Part shown: one piece after another, positions 37,771 through 51,036 of the stretch
How the letters are laid out: each line of letters begins with the position of its first letter
Numbering within the stretch: the stretch's first letter is position 1
Assembly: GCA_012026655.1 (NCBI GenBank)
Contig: JAAILG010000233.1
Coordinates: forward strand, 1-64,000
Length of the DNA stretch: 64,000 nt
Direction of reading: 5' to 3'
Origin: Hydrolagus affinis
Lineage: Eukaryota
Program-made: the position numbers and the translations under genes
Notes under the pieces: generated by a model
What the model was told of the DNA's origin: nothing
The model's database searches: none
Seen by the model: only the letters and a program-made list of their open reading frames with translations

Positions 37771-40529
37771 GCAAACTTTTAAACACGGCAATGGGTTTCT
37801 GCTTGTGCCACACACCCGACTGACCAAACAAAAACAACTGTCAGGAAGAGTATGTTGACTGACTGAGATAAACACAGTGAAGCTTTGTTCTCACGAAATA
37901 GGATCGTGTACCCCGTGCCACAGCTGAAAACTACAACTTCATCACATTTACTTATATCTTTATTTTACTTTGCAAAATATTTTGGGCATCCTGTGAGTTG
38001 ACCTATTTATAGCAGAACAGCATAAAACTACTGTTCAAATGACTAGTACTGTTCAGAGCCCAGTGACTCACCTTCACACAAAATAGACTTGATGTTCTAG
38101 ATTACTACTATAGTAAACAGCATTTAAAATGTAAAATGAACATACCTTTTTTGGGGGGTAAGAAAAACTGATTTGATGGTATTTGGCTTTTAAATTAAGT
38201 TCCTGTTGTAAAAATAAATCTTGTTTCTGAAGTTCACTGTCAGAGAATGAGGCTTTGACAACTGCTTCATTCTGGAGACTCAGATTCATTTTTGTCACTC
38301 ATCATGTTGCTTAGATAGATCCTGTCAGATGAAACTCGAGCTCCTAGAAGAGTGCAGAAGAAACCTATTGACAGAAGTCGTTCCAATGCAGACCATGACT
38401 TACTCAGCCTGAGGGAAGGTCTTAGATTAGGCTTTTGTCATCTCCACCAGGAGATAGTAATTGAGCCAAACTCTGGTAGGAAGGTTTTGCGATCTCATGT
38501 TGCTATCTGTGGTCTTACTGTCTACCTGGCTAGTGCTGCTTACCATTCCTGTCATTTAGGAACTAATTCAAGAGGCTGTCAACAGGAAGAGATATCAAAG
38601 GCTCTCTTGTACTATGTTCTGATCAGCTGTTGAAACCAAATGGACAGGTGGATGGCTTATTTGTAACCAGCTTTCTTTTTTCACTTAATGGCTTATGGCC
38701 AATTTTCATGCTGAAAGCTTTTCAGCAAATGAGAAGCCTAAATGCGATAAATGAGAGCTAAGGCTGCGGCCTCAGAGCCAGTCCTTCACCTTTAAATGCA
38801 GCTCACAGAAGATTTGCTCCTTTTGGTGACTTTGAAGGCTCAGGAGTGAAATGATTTCTGATAATCTCAATGTAATTTCTAGTGAACATTGTATCTTGGC
38901 AAACTATTGCCTTATACGATAGCCTGAGCCTTGAGAAACATGGGTTGCAAAGCAAGGGCGCTTGATACAGTGACCTAAGACCTCATGCACTGTCTAGGAA
39001 ACTTTGGGAATGCCAATTGTGGTCTCTCTCCTGATCTAATACTCTCATCAAACTGGTCGAGAAAAATTAAAATTGCATTGCACTGTCAGCCTTTAAGTTA
39101 CATGACATAAATTTGTTTTAAAGCACTCGCTGAAGTTACCATCCATTTAGGCTGTTTGTAGCAAAGGTGATACTTTTATTAGACTTGGTTGAAAATTGGA
39201 TTTCTCACCCGAAAAATATCCATTGACCCTTTGAAAAACACTTCTATTTTCCATCAGAGTCATTCTAAACAGGATGTGTTTACTTTTCTAAGCGTGCCCA
39301 CCTCTCTTTTTCGCTAAAATAATGGAAGTTAATAAGTGGTTCAAATTCTTGCCGAGGCTTTATTCATTTTATTGCAATGCAATACCCAAAGCTCATTTCA
39401 TTTTCATTTCCAGATTCAAATGAAATAAGATCTTGTTTATTCTATTAAATGGAAGGGTTTAAATTGTTACCCAAATGCCACAGGAATTGATGTGATTTTC
39501 TCATCACGGACTCCATCAGATATTTCGGAGGTTCACATTGTTCTGGATTCTGTTCGTTGGCATTGAAATGAAGCCCTTGCCCTCTGGAAAAACTGTCTGT
39601 GGGGACATATTTATGTACAATGCCTTTTCCAAACAGACAGAAGCTTACATTTCTGATGAATCCGGAGCCCAGCTAAATGCCATCCAGGTTATTACTTACA
39701 TGAAGACTGAATGTCATGTAGCTGTGGGGAAAATAAAAGCCTCTCCCAGTTTTAAAAGGTAGATCTAAAATAATCTTTTTGTCCACCTGGGAGGAAATGA
39801 TTAAGCTGCCAGAGGGTTCGAACTTTCTTGCTAACTGTAATTCTTCAGGCATCAGTCATCTTCTGACAGCAGTCTCAGGTGCGGAGCAGGTCAGAAAGCC
39901 ATTCCTAACCAAGTATGTACAGAGTGCACTCAGCCTCCTATAGAGCAACAACTGACTTCACTGATGTTACACCTTCTGTCCAGAGTCGCCAAACACACAA
40001 ATAGCAATGTCCTTCTCGTTTGTCATTGTGTGCAAAACAACAGCATTACCAACACAATCATGTCTGTGGTTGGTTGACTTTTAAAATTTGAATGGAAGTG
40101 TTTTTTGTAAAGTAAGATTTAAACATTTCAAATGGCACAGTGGCGGTAGGTATTAAGATCAATTTTTGTGATGAGATGGTTTAATAAAATAAGTCTAGGT
40201 GATGAGCTATTAAACGTATATCTTTGAGAAATGTTATCAATTACCAAGGTAGTCTGACATCAACTTCAGTACCTACCCTTTCAATGCTGGGCCATTTCTG
40301 ACACTGTACACAGAATAAGATTAAGTGACATGAGCAAATTTAGAAATAATCTAAATGTCAATATTCATTTGCAGTGAAACAATACCAATAGGCTTGATAT
40401 ACTTCATTATCTCATCTTTAAATATAATATATGGTGCTAGTTTTGTCATTAGTTTTGAGGTAAAGTGATCTTGTATGTATTGCTTAAGAAATGATCTGCA
40501 TAAATATTTCCTGATCTCCAATGGTGATC

Positions 40530-40610
40530 AAACACAACAAGAACAACAACAACAAATTACATTTATAAAGCGCCTTTCACGTCGGGAGGACGTCCCAAGG
40601 TGCTGAAACA
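40530..40610 (-). mobile_element. L2 3' tail (type B)
   Basis: (caa)n then attacatttataaagcgcctttcacgtcgggaggacgtcccaaggtgct. Confidence 0.85.
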
Positions 40611-42825
40611 CAATTCTAGATAGAATATTCATCTGTCTTCACATTGTCACTATTCATGGCTGCAATTGCCCCATTATGTATGTCAGCAATGCAGTCCATA
40701 CCTGTCCTGATAGTCTAAAACCTACATTCTCTACTGTAAAAAAAACTAGTTGTCCAAATATTTATAACCACCTCACAATGTCTCTCAGTATTTCAAAGCC
40801 CCCAAGCATGAGTATCTCAATTTATTTTTCAATGAATTAACATTGAGCTTTCTGTGTTTCACCTCACAACATGCTTCATGGCATAAAGTTCAGAATAAAT
40901 TGGATATTTTCAACATTAATCCTGCTCCACTCGACCCCAAAGAGGACATTGGGAGCCTGATGTCCCAGAACTATCCTTGCCTCTTTGCTCTGAACTCTCT
41001 CTAATGCAAGAATGTCCTTTATCAAGGTAAAGTAAAGTGCCCAAAATTAAAAAACGTATTCCAAATGTAACCTTCTCACTGATCTCTCCAAGTTAGAATA
41101 ACTTATTTTTATAGTCAAGTGCCCTCTGGATGTAACCTAGTTTCTGTATGTGAAGGGGACAGCGAGGTTTTGCAGTCGCAGTGCCAGTCGCAAAAGTTTG
41201 CATAATGGAAATAATATGAGCACAACCAAGGAGAAAATTGGGCCCAGTGTTTTGCTGTAAGGCATGTGGTGACAAGGCTATTATGTACAGTGGAGCATTG
41301 ATAACTCCAACCTAACCTGATAGGAGAATAACCTGTGTAAGAATAATGTTAGCTGCAATGTAATTATTAACTTTATCATGTGTGTTCTTTTTTTGAAATA
41401 TGTTTTAATGGATTACTGGCATCTTTATTACATTCTGAAAATATATCTTATTTACCCAGAAAAGATTGATACATGGATATATTAGGTTAAAAAAAGCGTC
41501 AGTGTACATTTACTATTATTAAGTTATTTATGGCATTATTTGGTTACTAATAAACAACACATTCACACCCATGAAATATTTAGTGCATAGAGTGCATGTA
41601 TATTATGATATTCTTCATCTCTTCTTATCTTTGGCAGAATGCGTATATCTATCTGAACAGCACCAGAAATGATCTGCCTGCTCACACTTGTGTGTATTAA
41701 ATTGAAAGGGAGTACAATATATAATGTAAAATGCTTGATTTTCTGGTGATGAGAGAAAAGCAAATGTTGAGATTAATTTATAAATTGGTCTGCTTTTATG
41801 TTATCCTAATGTTTCATAATCACGAATTGTTGTTCTAATCATTTCTGGACTCGTTTTTTTTCTTTGAAACTGAAATATCTGATTAAAATTATGGAAATCT
41901 AATTGCGTGCTAATGAAAAATCTAGCTGATTCATTAGTAAATGAATAGCTTGTTGCAAATGCCACATCTTTTCAAAAAAGAATCAAATGATATTTTAATC
42001 ATATTGTTCAGATATCTTAAACTGCAGCAAACCATAAAATGCACAACCTAGCAACAATATGACAGTCCCCCTATATTAAAAATAGAGTTACTGGTAATTA
42101 TTACTAAGTATTGATGCAGATCAGTAAGTATGTAGCCCTATATTGTGCAACTCTTTTGTGGCTTCTCAAATGACTGAAAGAAGTAATTGCCAATGAACAT
42201 AGATCAATGATGTCATGCTTGCCTTAGTTTTGATCCATTCATTTCAAAAATCAAGTTACAGCTATTGTATTTATCTGTTACTGGAAATACATTGGCCTAA
42301 ATGAATTTAATACTTTTGCAGACATACACAGCCACTGTTCTCTACTGTAGAGGTACGTTTTACAAACCTATCTAGGTTTTCATCCAGAATAATTAATTTT
42401 AAATGTAGCATATTCATACAGCAGAAACATTGATTTTTGTTCTGCGAGTCACAGATTAGGAAGCTTTCATCATCCATGCTGGGAAATGTACTGCTTGCCT
42501 TTCCTGCCTTGGTTTCAAACCTACCCTACTGCAGTTTTCTGGTGTTCTTGCTTCAAACATAAGTCTTAAAATAAAGACTTTTTATTTTATTACTTTTATT
42601 TTATTTTTATTACATTTCTGAACTCTGAAATTACACTTCTTGAAATTAACTTTTGATTACTTAATATCTTATCAGTGAAGTCTGGAACTATATCCAATTT
42701 AATGAGAAGAAAAACTTAATGTCACTTACTACAGATCATTTATTTCTTCCCATTTGTCCAGTCAATCTGTGCCCTTGCTGGGAAGATGAGTTCCCTACAA
42801 CTGCATCTATGTTGCTTTATATCAG

Positions 42826-42840
42826 CCACCAGGAGGCAAC
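42826..42840 (+). promoter_or_regulatory. Candidate CTCF motif
   Basis: CCACCAGGAGGCAAC. Confidence 0.3.
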
Positions 42841-42899
42841 ATTCAAGCAGGGATGGTCATGTTATGTCACTTCCAGACAAACACTTCATCTAGCATCTG

Positions 42900-43015
42900 A
42901 GAGCAGATGAAACTCACCTTAGGCAGGTCAAGTGACATTGAGTAACAGACAGCCCTGGGACTTGAGCACACAATCATACAGTTGGAAATCAGGTGTTCAA
43001 CTGCTTGAACCACCT
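42900..43015 (-). mobile_element. Old tRNA/CORE-like SINE fragment
   Basis: Minus strand ggtggttcaagcagttg...gctcaagtccc...tcacttgacctgcctaaggtgagtttcatctg resembles the MIR/CORE motif tcacttaacctct...gtttcctcatctg. Confidence 0.35.
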
Positions 43016-45937
43016 AGTTTCTTCCTGCCTGTCATCAACCAGATTCAATGCAAGTCAGTTCAGCAACACTCTCTGGCTAGATTGTGAGAATGCAAGACTT
43101 CGGCATATGATTCAGCACTAACCACAGCCCAGTAATTGCAATGTCAGTTTTATCTGTTCCTTAGAACAGATAAAACTTTACTGTATTAAAGTAACAGCAA
43201 TTTGTTTTTATATTGAGAAAGCGCAAAATATCATATAACTTTAATGGTGTTTCTCATTGAGTTGTGTGTTTCAACAATCGTAAAGTACTACTTTAACATA
43301 AGGAATTGTAAAATTGGACAACTTTAATAAATAAAGATTAATAATGAGACTATTTGTGCTTATTTTCACGAGCATAAATAAAATAAATTAAATTAAAAAA
43401 AACTAAGTCCAGTATAACTGAGGTCAGAGTGTGAGGGTGGGCAATGCTATATTGTTACAGTAGAACAGTCAGCTCACTATCTGCTGGGGAAATAGATAGA
43501 CAGAACTCATTAATCTTCAATCCAGTATACAACACAGTCTGTGCTTTTATGCACCTGCACAAGCCTAAAGTAATTACAGGAAGAGACTATTAGTACTAGA
43601 GAGCTTCAGCAGGGATGTAACTATCTTCTCCTGTCAGGCCATTGATCGGCAACTGATTAGTGGATGATTTTTCTCAGAAGAATAATTGTGTTTATGTTAT
43701 TGTGGGCTTGCTGACCTGGGGGTGGGACCCATATCTTTCAGCTAACTCTGGGTCTTTGCAAGAGTCCTATAGCTCTTTCTAATCAGAGTAATGAAGTGGA
43801 ACCCGAGAAGGATGATTGCTTTGCCACCTTTTATTCAGCAGCACAGTGAATGGACAAACCGGTGTGGACTACATCTAATATTTAGATTTACTGTCCTCAG
43901 GGGAAAAAAGCAAGACCCATAGTTTTAAGTTCCCTAAGGTAACTTATATGTGTAATAAGGTCAAAGCAATACAGTGCGTGTGTGGAAATAGGAAGCATGA
44001 GCTATAATGAGGCTGACATATTAGCCAAGGTTGTCATATGGGGCAATGATATTGTTTTAAATCACTAGGCAAGTGATTTTTCCTTGTCCCTTTATTCATG
44101 TTTTCTTTCTAAAAGTGTACACGTGCTTGTTTCTCCATGTGGAGACTTTTTTTGCATGAACTAAATGAAGTGCGAGTCACACTGATTGGTTTTCTTTCTC
44201 TCCTCATTTTTCCACTTTCAATATTCCCTGTTTTTTAAAAAAAAATGAGGGCAGAAACAGAGAGTGGTGATATCTGCGCTGTAAAGTTTGGTTTTTATGC
44301 ACCATCACACTACAGTTTTGCAGATTTTACATAACACCTACAGGGTTTTATACCTGCCCTGGGATTTTGCATTCACAGAACAGAGCTGTTCTTTTCTTTC
44401 TTTTGGCAAGGCTCAATTTCTGCTGCAGAGAAGCTGAAAATAACCAGCTGAGCTCATTAGTGGATTAGGTGCTGTGATGAATCTGTGTGCTTTGTATGAG
44501 TTCTCTCTCCACAGCCTGATAGTATTCCTTCTGGAGAGCAATTACATCTGATTGACATGTTTTGATGAGCCACCTCCCCCAGACTCCCTTTCACAAAATA
44601 GGTCTACATCAAGGACACTGGCCTTTCTTTTAGCCATTAACAAATATCTGCACATCTTTTAAAATTGTTAACTACCTTTTAAAATGTAACTCGAAACAAT
44701 TAAATGATAAAATATGGATGAAGAGGAGTACATGGAGGTTTCACTTTGCCAGTAGTTCTGAGGTCTGTTGCTGCTGCTGCGAATGCACTTGCAAATATTC
44801 AGGCAGAAACACTAATAGGACTTCTGTGCCAATCACGGCATTGTTTTAGTGAAGTTTCAAGGTCAGTAGGTGTCCCTGGAACCCCTGTCAAAGAGAAGTG
44901 GTGAGATTGTCTCGTCTTTTAGGCATTTCAACTCTATGAGTGCAGAAGCAGTCAGTTGACAGAAGTTTACCATCCATTGGGTGTTAATGCATTTGTAAGC
45001 CCTCGAGCAATAATATTAATACACATTTTAATGCTTTGTGCATCATTATCTGGCACCAGCCCAACAACAGAAGACACAAGCTACTGAAAAGGGTACAGAT
45101 CCTTGGGGTTTACAATTGTTGTTGGCCACAAATGAGGCAAAAATCTGCCAGATTTATTGTAAAATTTTACATTAGTTGTCCATGTGAACTCAAGGCTGGG
45201 GAATTTCTTACTGAAGTTGTGACAGTGACTTGAATGCTATTTTCAGACATTGAGAAATAGCCGTAATTTTGTATTTAGAACTACACCAATTTATCAACCT
45301 TGATCTTGGCTTGTAAATATAATTTATTCACAAAGTGTAAAAACAGTCAAAATCCTGCATTTAACATTTTACTGTTATTACTGAATTCAGGGGTTATTAA
45401 TTTTAGACTGAGGGGTTAGGACTAAACATACACTTATGAATAAATGATTGTATTTTTTTAAGTAAATTCAAGATGACATAATCCCAGGCCTATTAGTGAA
45501 ATAGCTCTCCAATACCTAAGTCAGTTTATGGACACTGCCAATTTAATGTCAGCCATTACCTGATAATGGAACATTCCTGTTAAATGAGAACAAAATGGAA
45601 ACAGCAAATTATTTTGTATAACCATATCCGATTGTTTAAATTTATAACCCTGTTAGATTAGTATATGGATCCTCTACTTTGCCATTTTTTGCAACTCAAG
45701 ATAGCTTTGTTTTAATGTGTTGCCATGGTTTCTATTACTTTCTGTAGTTACCAATCGACAGCAGATTAAATATAAAAGAACAATATGGAACAATTTGCTG
45801 TCTGTAAAGTCTTTTGCAGTGATTTAAAACTTGCAGGAAGTTGTGAAGTAGAAAATTCCTGCTACAGTTTAACGATGACTAGTAAATGGATAAATTAATT
45901 GTACCAAATGGGTTATTTGCTCTGCAGACAAATTAGT

Positions 45938-46203
45938 TAATAATAATCCTTGCATTTGATATGGCGCTTTTCGTGTCTTCTAGATGTCTCAAAGCGCTTC
46001 ACAGAATAATAATCCCTCAAATTAAAAATTGGTAATTTCAATCCATGACTGTTTGTGGGACACTGCTGTGCGCAAGTGGCTGTTGCGATTCGCCCACAAA
46101 TATACAGTCAATTTATTTTACAGCACACTCTGTGAAATGCTTTGAGACATCTAGAAGAGATGAAAAGTGCTATATCATTTGCAAGGATTATTAGTATTAT
46201 TAT
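45938..46203. mobile_element. Head-to-head fused tRNA-SINE fragments forming an inverted repeat
   Basis: 45938-46007 is a SINE tail on the minus strand; 46005-46203 is a 5'-truncated SINE on the plus strand. Confidence 0.9.
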
Positions 46204-46409
46204 ACTGTAATATATACAGTACTGTGTAATATTTTTGTAGTCTGTGCTGAAATATTTAATATATTGAATTACACCAGCCTGATAATAATGACAATCTATT
46301 TGCATGTTTGTAAAAATCAAATCTTCTGTTTAGAAAAAGTTATTCAATTGGACCAATGAAATTAACATAAAAACACCAAAGTATTTTAAAGATGTAATGT
46401 ACTTTAACT

Positions 46410-46424
46410 CCACTAGATGGTGCT
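46410..46424 (+). promoter_or_regulatory. Candidate CTCF motif
   Basis: CCACTAGATGGTGCT, one C>T change from CCACTAGATGGCGCT. Confidence 0.4.
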
Positions 46425-46862
46425 TATTACTGTTTCTGGTGAAATGACTTGGGCTAGAATAGAAAAACCTATTTCAGTTTGTCACCGCAAAGCAATAACA
46501 ATAACAGCTTTGCCCTAACATGGTGGTGTTTTCCTAAGAGAAACATTCAAGATAAATCACTTTGCATTAAAACCACAGTAGCATTAAAGAGTGCTACCAT
46601 AATTTGTGGAGCCTGTGATTACATTGCCCATTTAGGGGCTGAGTACACTTCCATCTGACTGGGTCACCTACAGCCAATTTGAACAGCAAAAATGAATGCA
46701 GATTTACTTGTGAATACAGGCATGACATAATGGCAGGACACATGCCTTATTTAAGCAATGTGATCCGAATGTCACTGCCTTTCATTTGTAAATTGTTTCC
46801 TCTCGCACCTTCCAGCTCCTGGGGTAATCAATACTAAATGCTGAAGTATTGAATGCTATGTG

Positions 46863-46912
46863 AATGTGAATGCTAAATGATAGTTAAAATGTGAATGCTA
46901 AACGATAGTTAG
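46863..46912 (+). repeat. Tandem duplication of about 25 bp
   Basis: aatgtgaatgctaaatgatagtta / aatgtgaatgctaaacgatagtta. Confidence 0.85.
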
Positions 46913-47469
46913 AATTAATAGTTAAGAAGAGCTCCCTTTCAGTATTGTTTCCCTGTCACCTTGGTCTGTTTGTAACCTATAGTGACAGTATGTGTGTGTG
47001 TGAACATTTTGCATTTAAAAAGTGAGAAGAGGACATTAACAAAACGAAAATAAACTAGAGTAGATGTTTTGGAAAGAAATGTGACTATAGAAAATTGCAG
47101 GAAGAGGTGATAATCTAATGATGAAACGAATGAGTAGGACAGTATTGTAGCATTCATTATCAAGTTGCCTCCCTGCAAAATCCTAAAAGCTAATTACCTT
47201 GAGTACTCTTCATAATTGCACACCAACAGCACTGCGTAATGTGGAAATTAATCTTTGTGGAAAAAAAATGCTCTTCAGTGCATAAACTCTCACATGCTCT
47301 GCTTGAAAACTTTCTATCGTACGAGGAGGCAAAATGCCTACGTCGGTGTATTATATACCATCCTTATTGAGTTACTTTCCTTTTCCTGATGTTGAACATA
47401 TTGTTTGAGGGGTTTTACCTGGATTAGTGCAAAGCTGCTTCACACTATATTCCACACAATCAAGGAACA

Positions 47470-47872
47470 TTTACACATTCCCCATAGGACTATCATCCCC
47501 ATCCAAGGTCTCCAATTGCTCCCTATTCCCCAACATATCAACTTTGAGATGAGCATCTTCACCGTGACCTACTATCCTGTCTCTGTGATCTCGTACATTA
47601 CTGCCCTGCTCACCCACTCCACTCTGCAATCTCCAACTGCCTGTAACTCTTTCAGAAAATCCATCTGCCTTGTCCTTGTTTCCAAAACACGATTGAAGAG
47701 GTACCCCTTTGACTGTGATTGAGGCCACTCCTCCTCCTCCTTCTGCCCCCCCTTCCCACCACCCCACCACCCACCATCACCACCACACACAGCCTTGGCT
47801 CCCTCCCAACCTTGGGCTCTTAGCTTTGAGATGGTCTCCTACTACACAAGTGTAAATTCTTGTGGTTGTTGC
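47470..47872 (+). mobile_element. Old L2 LINE 3' fragment
   Basis: IIPIQGLQLLPIPQHINFEM resembles L2 ITPxLxxLHWLPIxQRIxFK; C-rich 3'UTR and degenerate tail. Confidence 0.6.
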
Positions 47873-48759
47873 TCCAAATAGGCTGAGATATTTTGAAAAA
47901 AAAGATTAACCTGTGCTCACAGAATCACATGGAAATGCAATGGAAATCAGCAATTAATCATTTCAAAGCCTTTTGCATTATATCATTTTTGTTTAGAGGG
48001 AAGGTAGTGTTTGCACTTAAATCATGGAGCTGTGAAGCATTACGCATGAGTTAAACGTGTCTTAGGCATTTACGTCATGAAGCAGCCATAATTTGAGGAT
48101 GTAAAATAAGAAGGCCTTTAATATAATGTACCAAGGTTGTGAGTTCTGACTTGTTTCCCTGTTGTTTAATCAGCATTAAATAGGGCAGAATGCAAGTGTT
48201 GGTCCCAATACCATTTACAGTGGATGTTGGGGATTAGGGAGGCGACATTTTGAAATCCCTTAGGCATGTAAAAGGCCATTAATGTAATTGATATCTATAT
48301 AAAATGAGTTAAATTTGACATGATTAAAATAGACGATACATTTTGTAAGATCAAGCATTAACTGCTTCCTGGGCTTGATCCCTAAGGTAGGTGTATCAGC
48401 TGCCTTACAATCTAATACAATAGATTCTGTAGAAAACAATTTTTATTATCAGTTATTTGAAGAATAGCCAGGGATCTGATGAAGCACTCACACTGATCAG
48501 TCCACTCTGCCATTAACAAACACTTTTATATTGACTTTTGAAAGGTGACAAAAGCTGATGTTAAGAGCTGTTTCATTTCATTTGAAAGTTCAGATGCATG
48601 TGAGTTAACATCTATGTTGTTTCACTTCCTTGATCGTATAGCATAGAATGTTCTTTTACACTCGTGTTCCTCCAGATATGACATGATTCAAAATTCAATC
48701 AAGTTATCATCTTGGGAAGAGACATTGTGGGACCATAGAAAATATCCATGTTCTTTCCA

Positions 48760-50560
48760 AGGCAGAAATGGAAACAACCAGCTAATAGTTGCAAAACAGA
48801 GGCTGATATTGAAAGCTGTGCAGATGAAGGAGGTAGACAAAGTCTCAGTGTAGACAAAGGGATGTTGAAATGATGAAAAGGTTTGCCATCAAATTATATC
48901 ATTGATTTAAAGTACTCCAAGATGAACTGTTGAGGCCAGACATACAGCGAAATAAAGACTTTTGTTTGAGCAATCGATCCAGCAAAGAAGGATTCGAGAA
49001 TAGAGAAAATAAAAGCTCAGAAAGAACGAACCGATGCAGCATGTGAATACGGAGGATATCTGGGAAACCAGATAAATGGAGGGAAAGAAACAGGAGAATA
49101 TGTCAATAGGTAGTGCAGTGCTTTCATGACACCATGAAGATTTAGTTAGATGTGAAATGGTCTTAAAGAAAAGACACAAATATTTGGCCAGTTACAAAAA
49201 CAAAATTGTAAATAATACTATTTATGACTCTGCAACAGTGTTTATTGGTAAACTGGGTGATCAAGGTTTACTAGTGAAAATGAAATCAAGAGAAGGAATC
49301 CATTTAAAGGGAATGCATCTTCAAGGATTCCAAAATGACCAAAACGATTGCTGAGGTTAGAGGGGACTATAAAATTGGGTATCAATGTAAATAAGATAAG
49401 ATGGCAGAAGGTAATAGCAGCGATCGAGAGGCTAATAGAATAACTATTCTGTTATTGGAGTTTGATGATATAGTGTAAATCCAATCCTAAAGGATCGGAA
49501 AATCGAGGAACAGAAAATAATAGTCAATGATTGGATATATAAATGATAGCGAAGAAATCCAAGCTGATAGTTTGTGACGGTGGGAAGGTGATAAATCACT
49601 GAGTGTATGTGGTCAGGTAATGGTTTATTCAACATTCTAAAAAACACAGGAAAGTATTGATGCTACTTGAAGATAAGAGAAATACAAACGGGATTGCACA
49701 AAGTATATTCATATATAGACCAAATATTTGTGTTCAGCCTACTAATGGCAAAAGCTATTGAAAACCAAATGAGTTTGTTTTGAACTTTGACTTGTTAAGA
49801 GCTTTGAAAAGTGAACACCAGGTTCACCATGGGCTGTTTTGGGACTTTGTAGAACCCAGAAGAGACTGAGGTTATCAAGAATTATGTATAAAATGTCATG
49901 CTGCCTGATAGTGATCTAATAGATGACTTCAGTGTAGAAACAAAATTGAAATCGTTTTTTTTGTGTCTTTGATTCAGTCCGTTATTTGTCTGATAGTTTA
50001 TGTTGACGGCAACATCCAGTAGTAATGACATAAATAGAACAACTGAATTTTATGAGTAATGCTGCACAGTTCTCAGTCGATGAAGCAGATACGCGTTGCT
50101 AAGACAAATAAGTTGGAATAGAGAGAAACAAGCATCAGTTGTCGAAATTCAACATGCAAAAAGCAGAAGCAGCTATGATTATCGTAAGTGTACAAGCTGC
50201 CAGGATAACTCTAGGTGGAAACTACAGTATCTTTCATCAGAGGAAATAATATTGAATGATGAGTCTCTAAAGACGGAGAACTACATTGGTGAACTTATGG
50301 TCTAAAAGGGAAACAGGTATCAATATGAAGATCAAAGTGTTGAATAAAGTATACTAATGAGACTTGACTATCTTAGAAAAACCTGGACTGTGGCAGAGAG
50401 ACAAGCTAAACATGAATTGAGGCAAAACACTTTTGATGTTTTCTAACAGAGCATTGGAAGGACATTAACAAACTATGAAGTTCAGACAGGGCAAGTTGTG
50501 GTTCCATAGCCAAAGACAGAACAGTTGAGAAGTTCAAGGGAACGAGATGCAGTCATAACA
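48760..50560 (+). mobile_element. Degraded RTE-clade LINE (RT region); boundaries fuzzy
   Basis: From 49673: IREIQTGLHKVYSYIDQIFVFSLLMAKAIENQ, resembling LREEQAGFRxGRSCIDQIFxLxxxxEKxxE; downstream LWSK..INMKIKVLN...TWT. Confidence 0.7.
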
Positions 50561-51036
50561 TTATTAAAAGGCAGATAGTCTGACTGGCTGTTTAATAATA
50601 TTTTAAACAGACACTCACCTAGAGTCTTGTGTGGGCAGCTTCTCCCCAACCCAATAGAAAGTGTTGTGGAAGAGACAGGGTAACCCTGGCTTCCCACCTC
50701 ACATCACTATTCAGCTGGGAGTGAAGTTCTCCTGCCAGTATCAATGAAGCATTAGGGTTGTTTTACCCCTCAGAGACAATGCTTTCATCCATAATTTTCA
50801 ATTAAATTCAAACTCAAGACCAAGAAATGGATGAATAATCTTCTAACCCATCGTAATCTACAGTATATGGTATTTACTTTGGTACAATACTAACTTTAAA
50901 GTCTTAGCATCAAGAACTGTTGAAAACAAAATAATTAAAATAATTATAATGAATATTAAGCATCTTTTTGTATCGGCCCATATCATTCTGATTTTGGTGA
51001 TTTGGGGGCAATAAGGACTACTGATGGCATAATGAC

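Noticed and set aside
44474-44551. Box C/D snoRNA (GTGATGA...CTGA)
   Set aside because: The first D box makes it too short, the second lacks a terminal stem, and I see no recognisable rRNA guide
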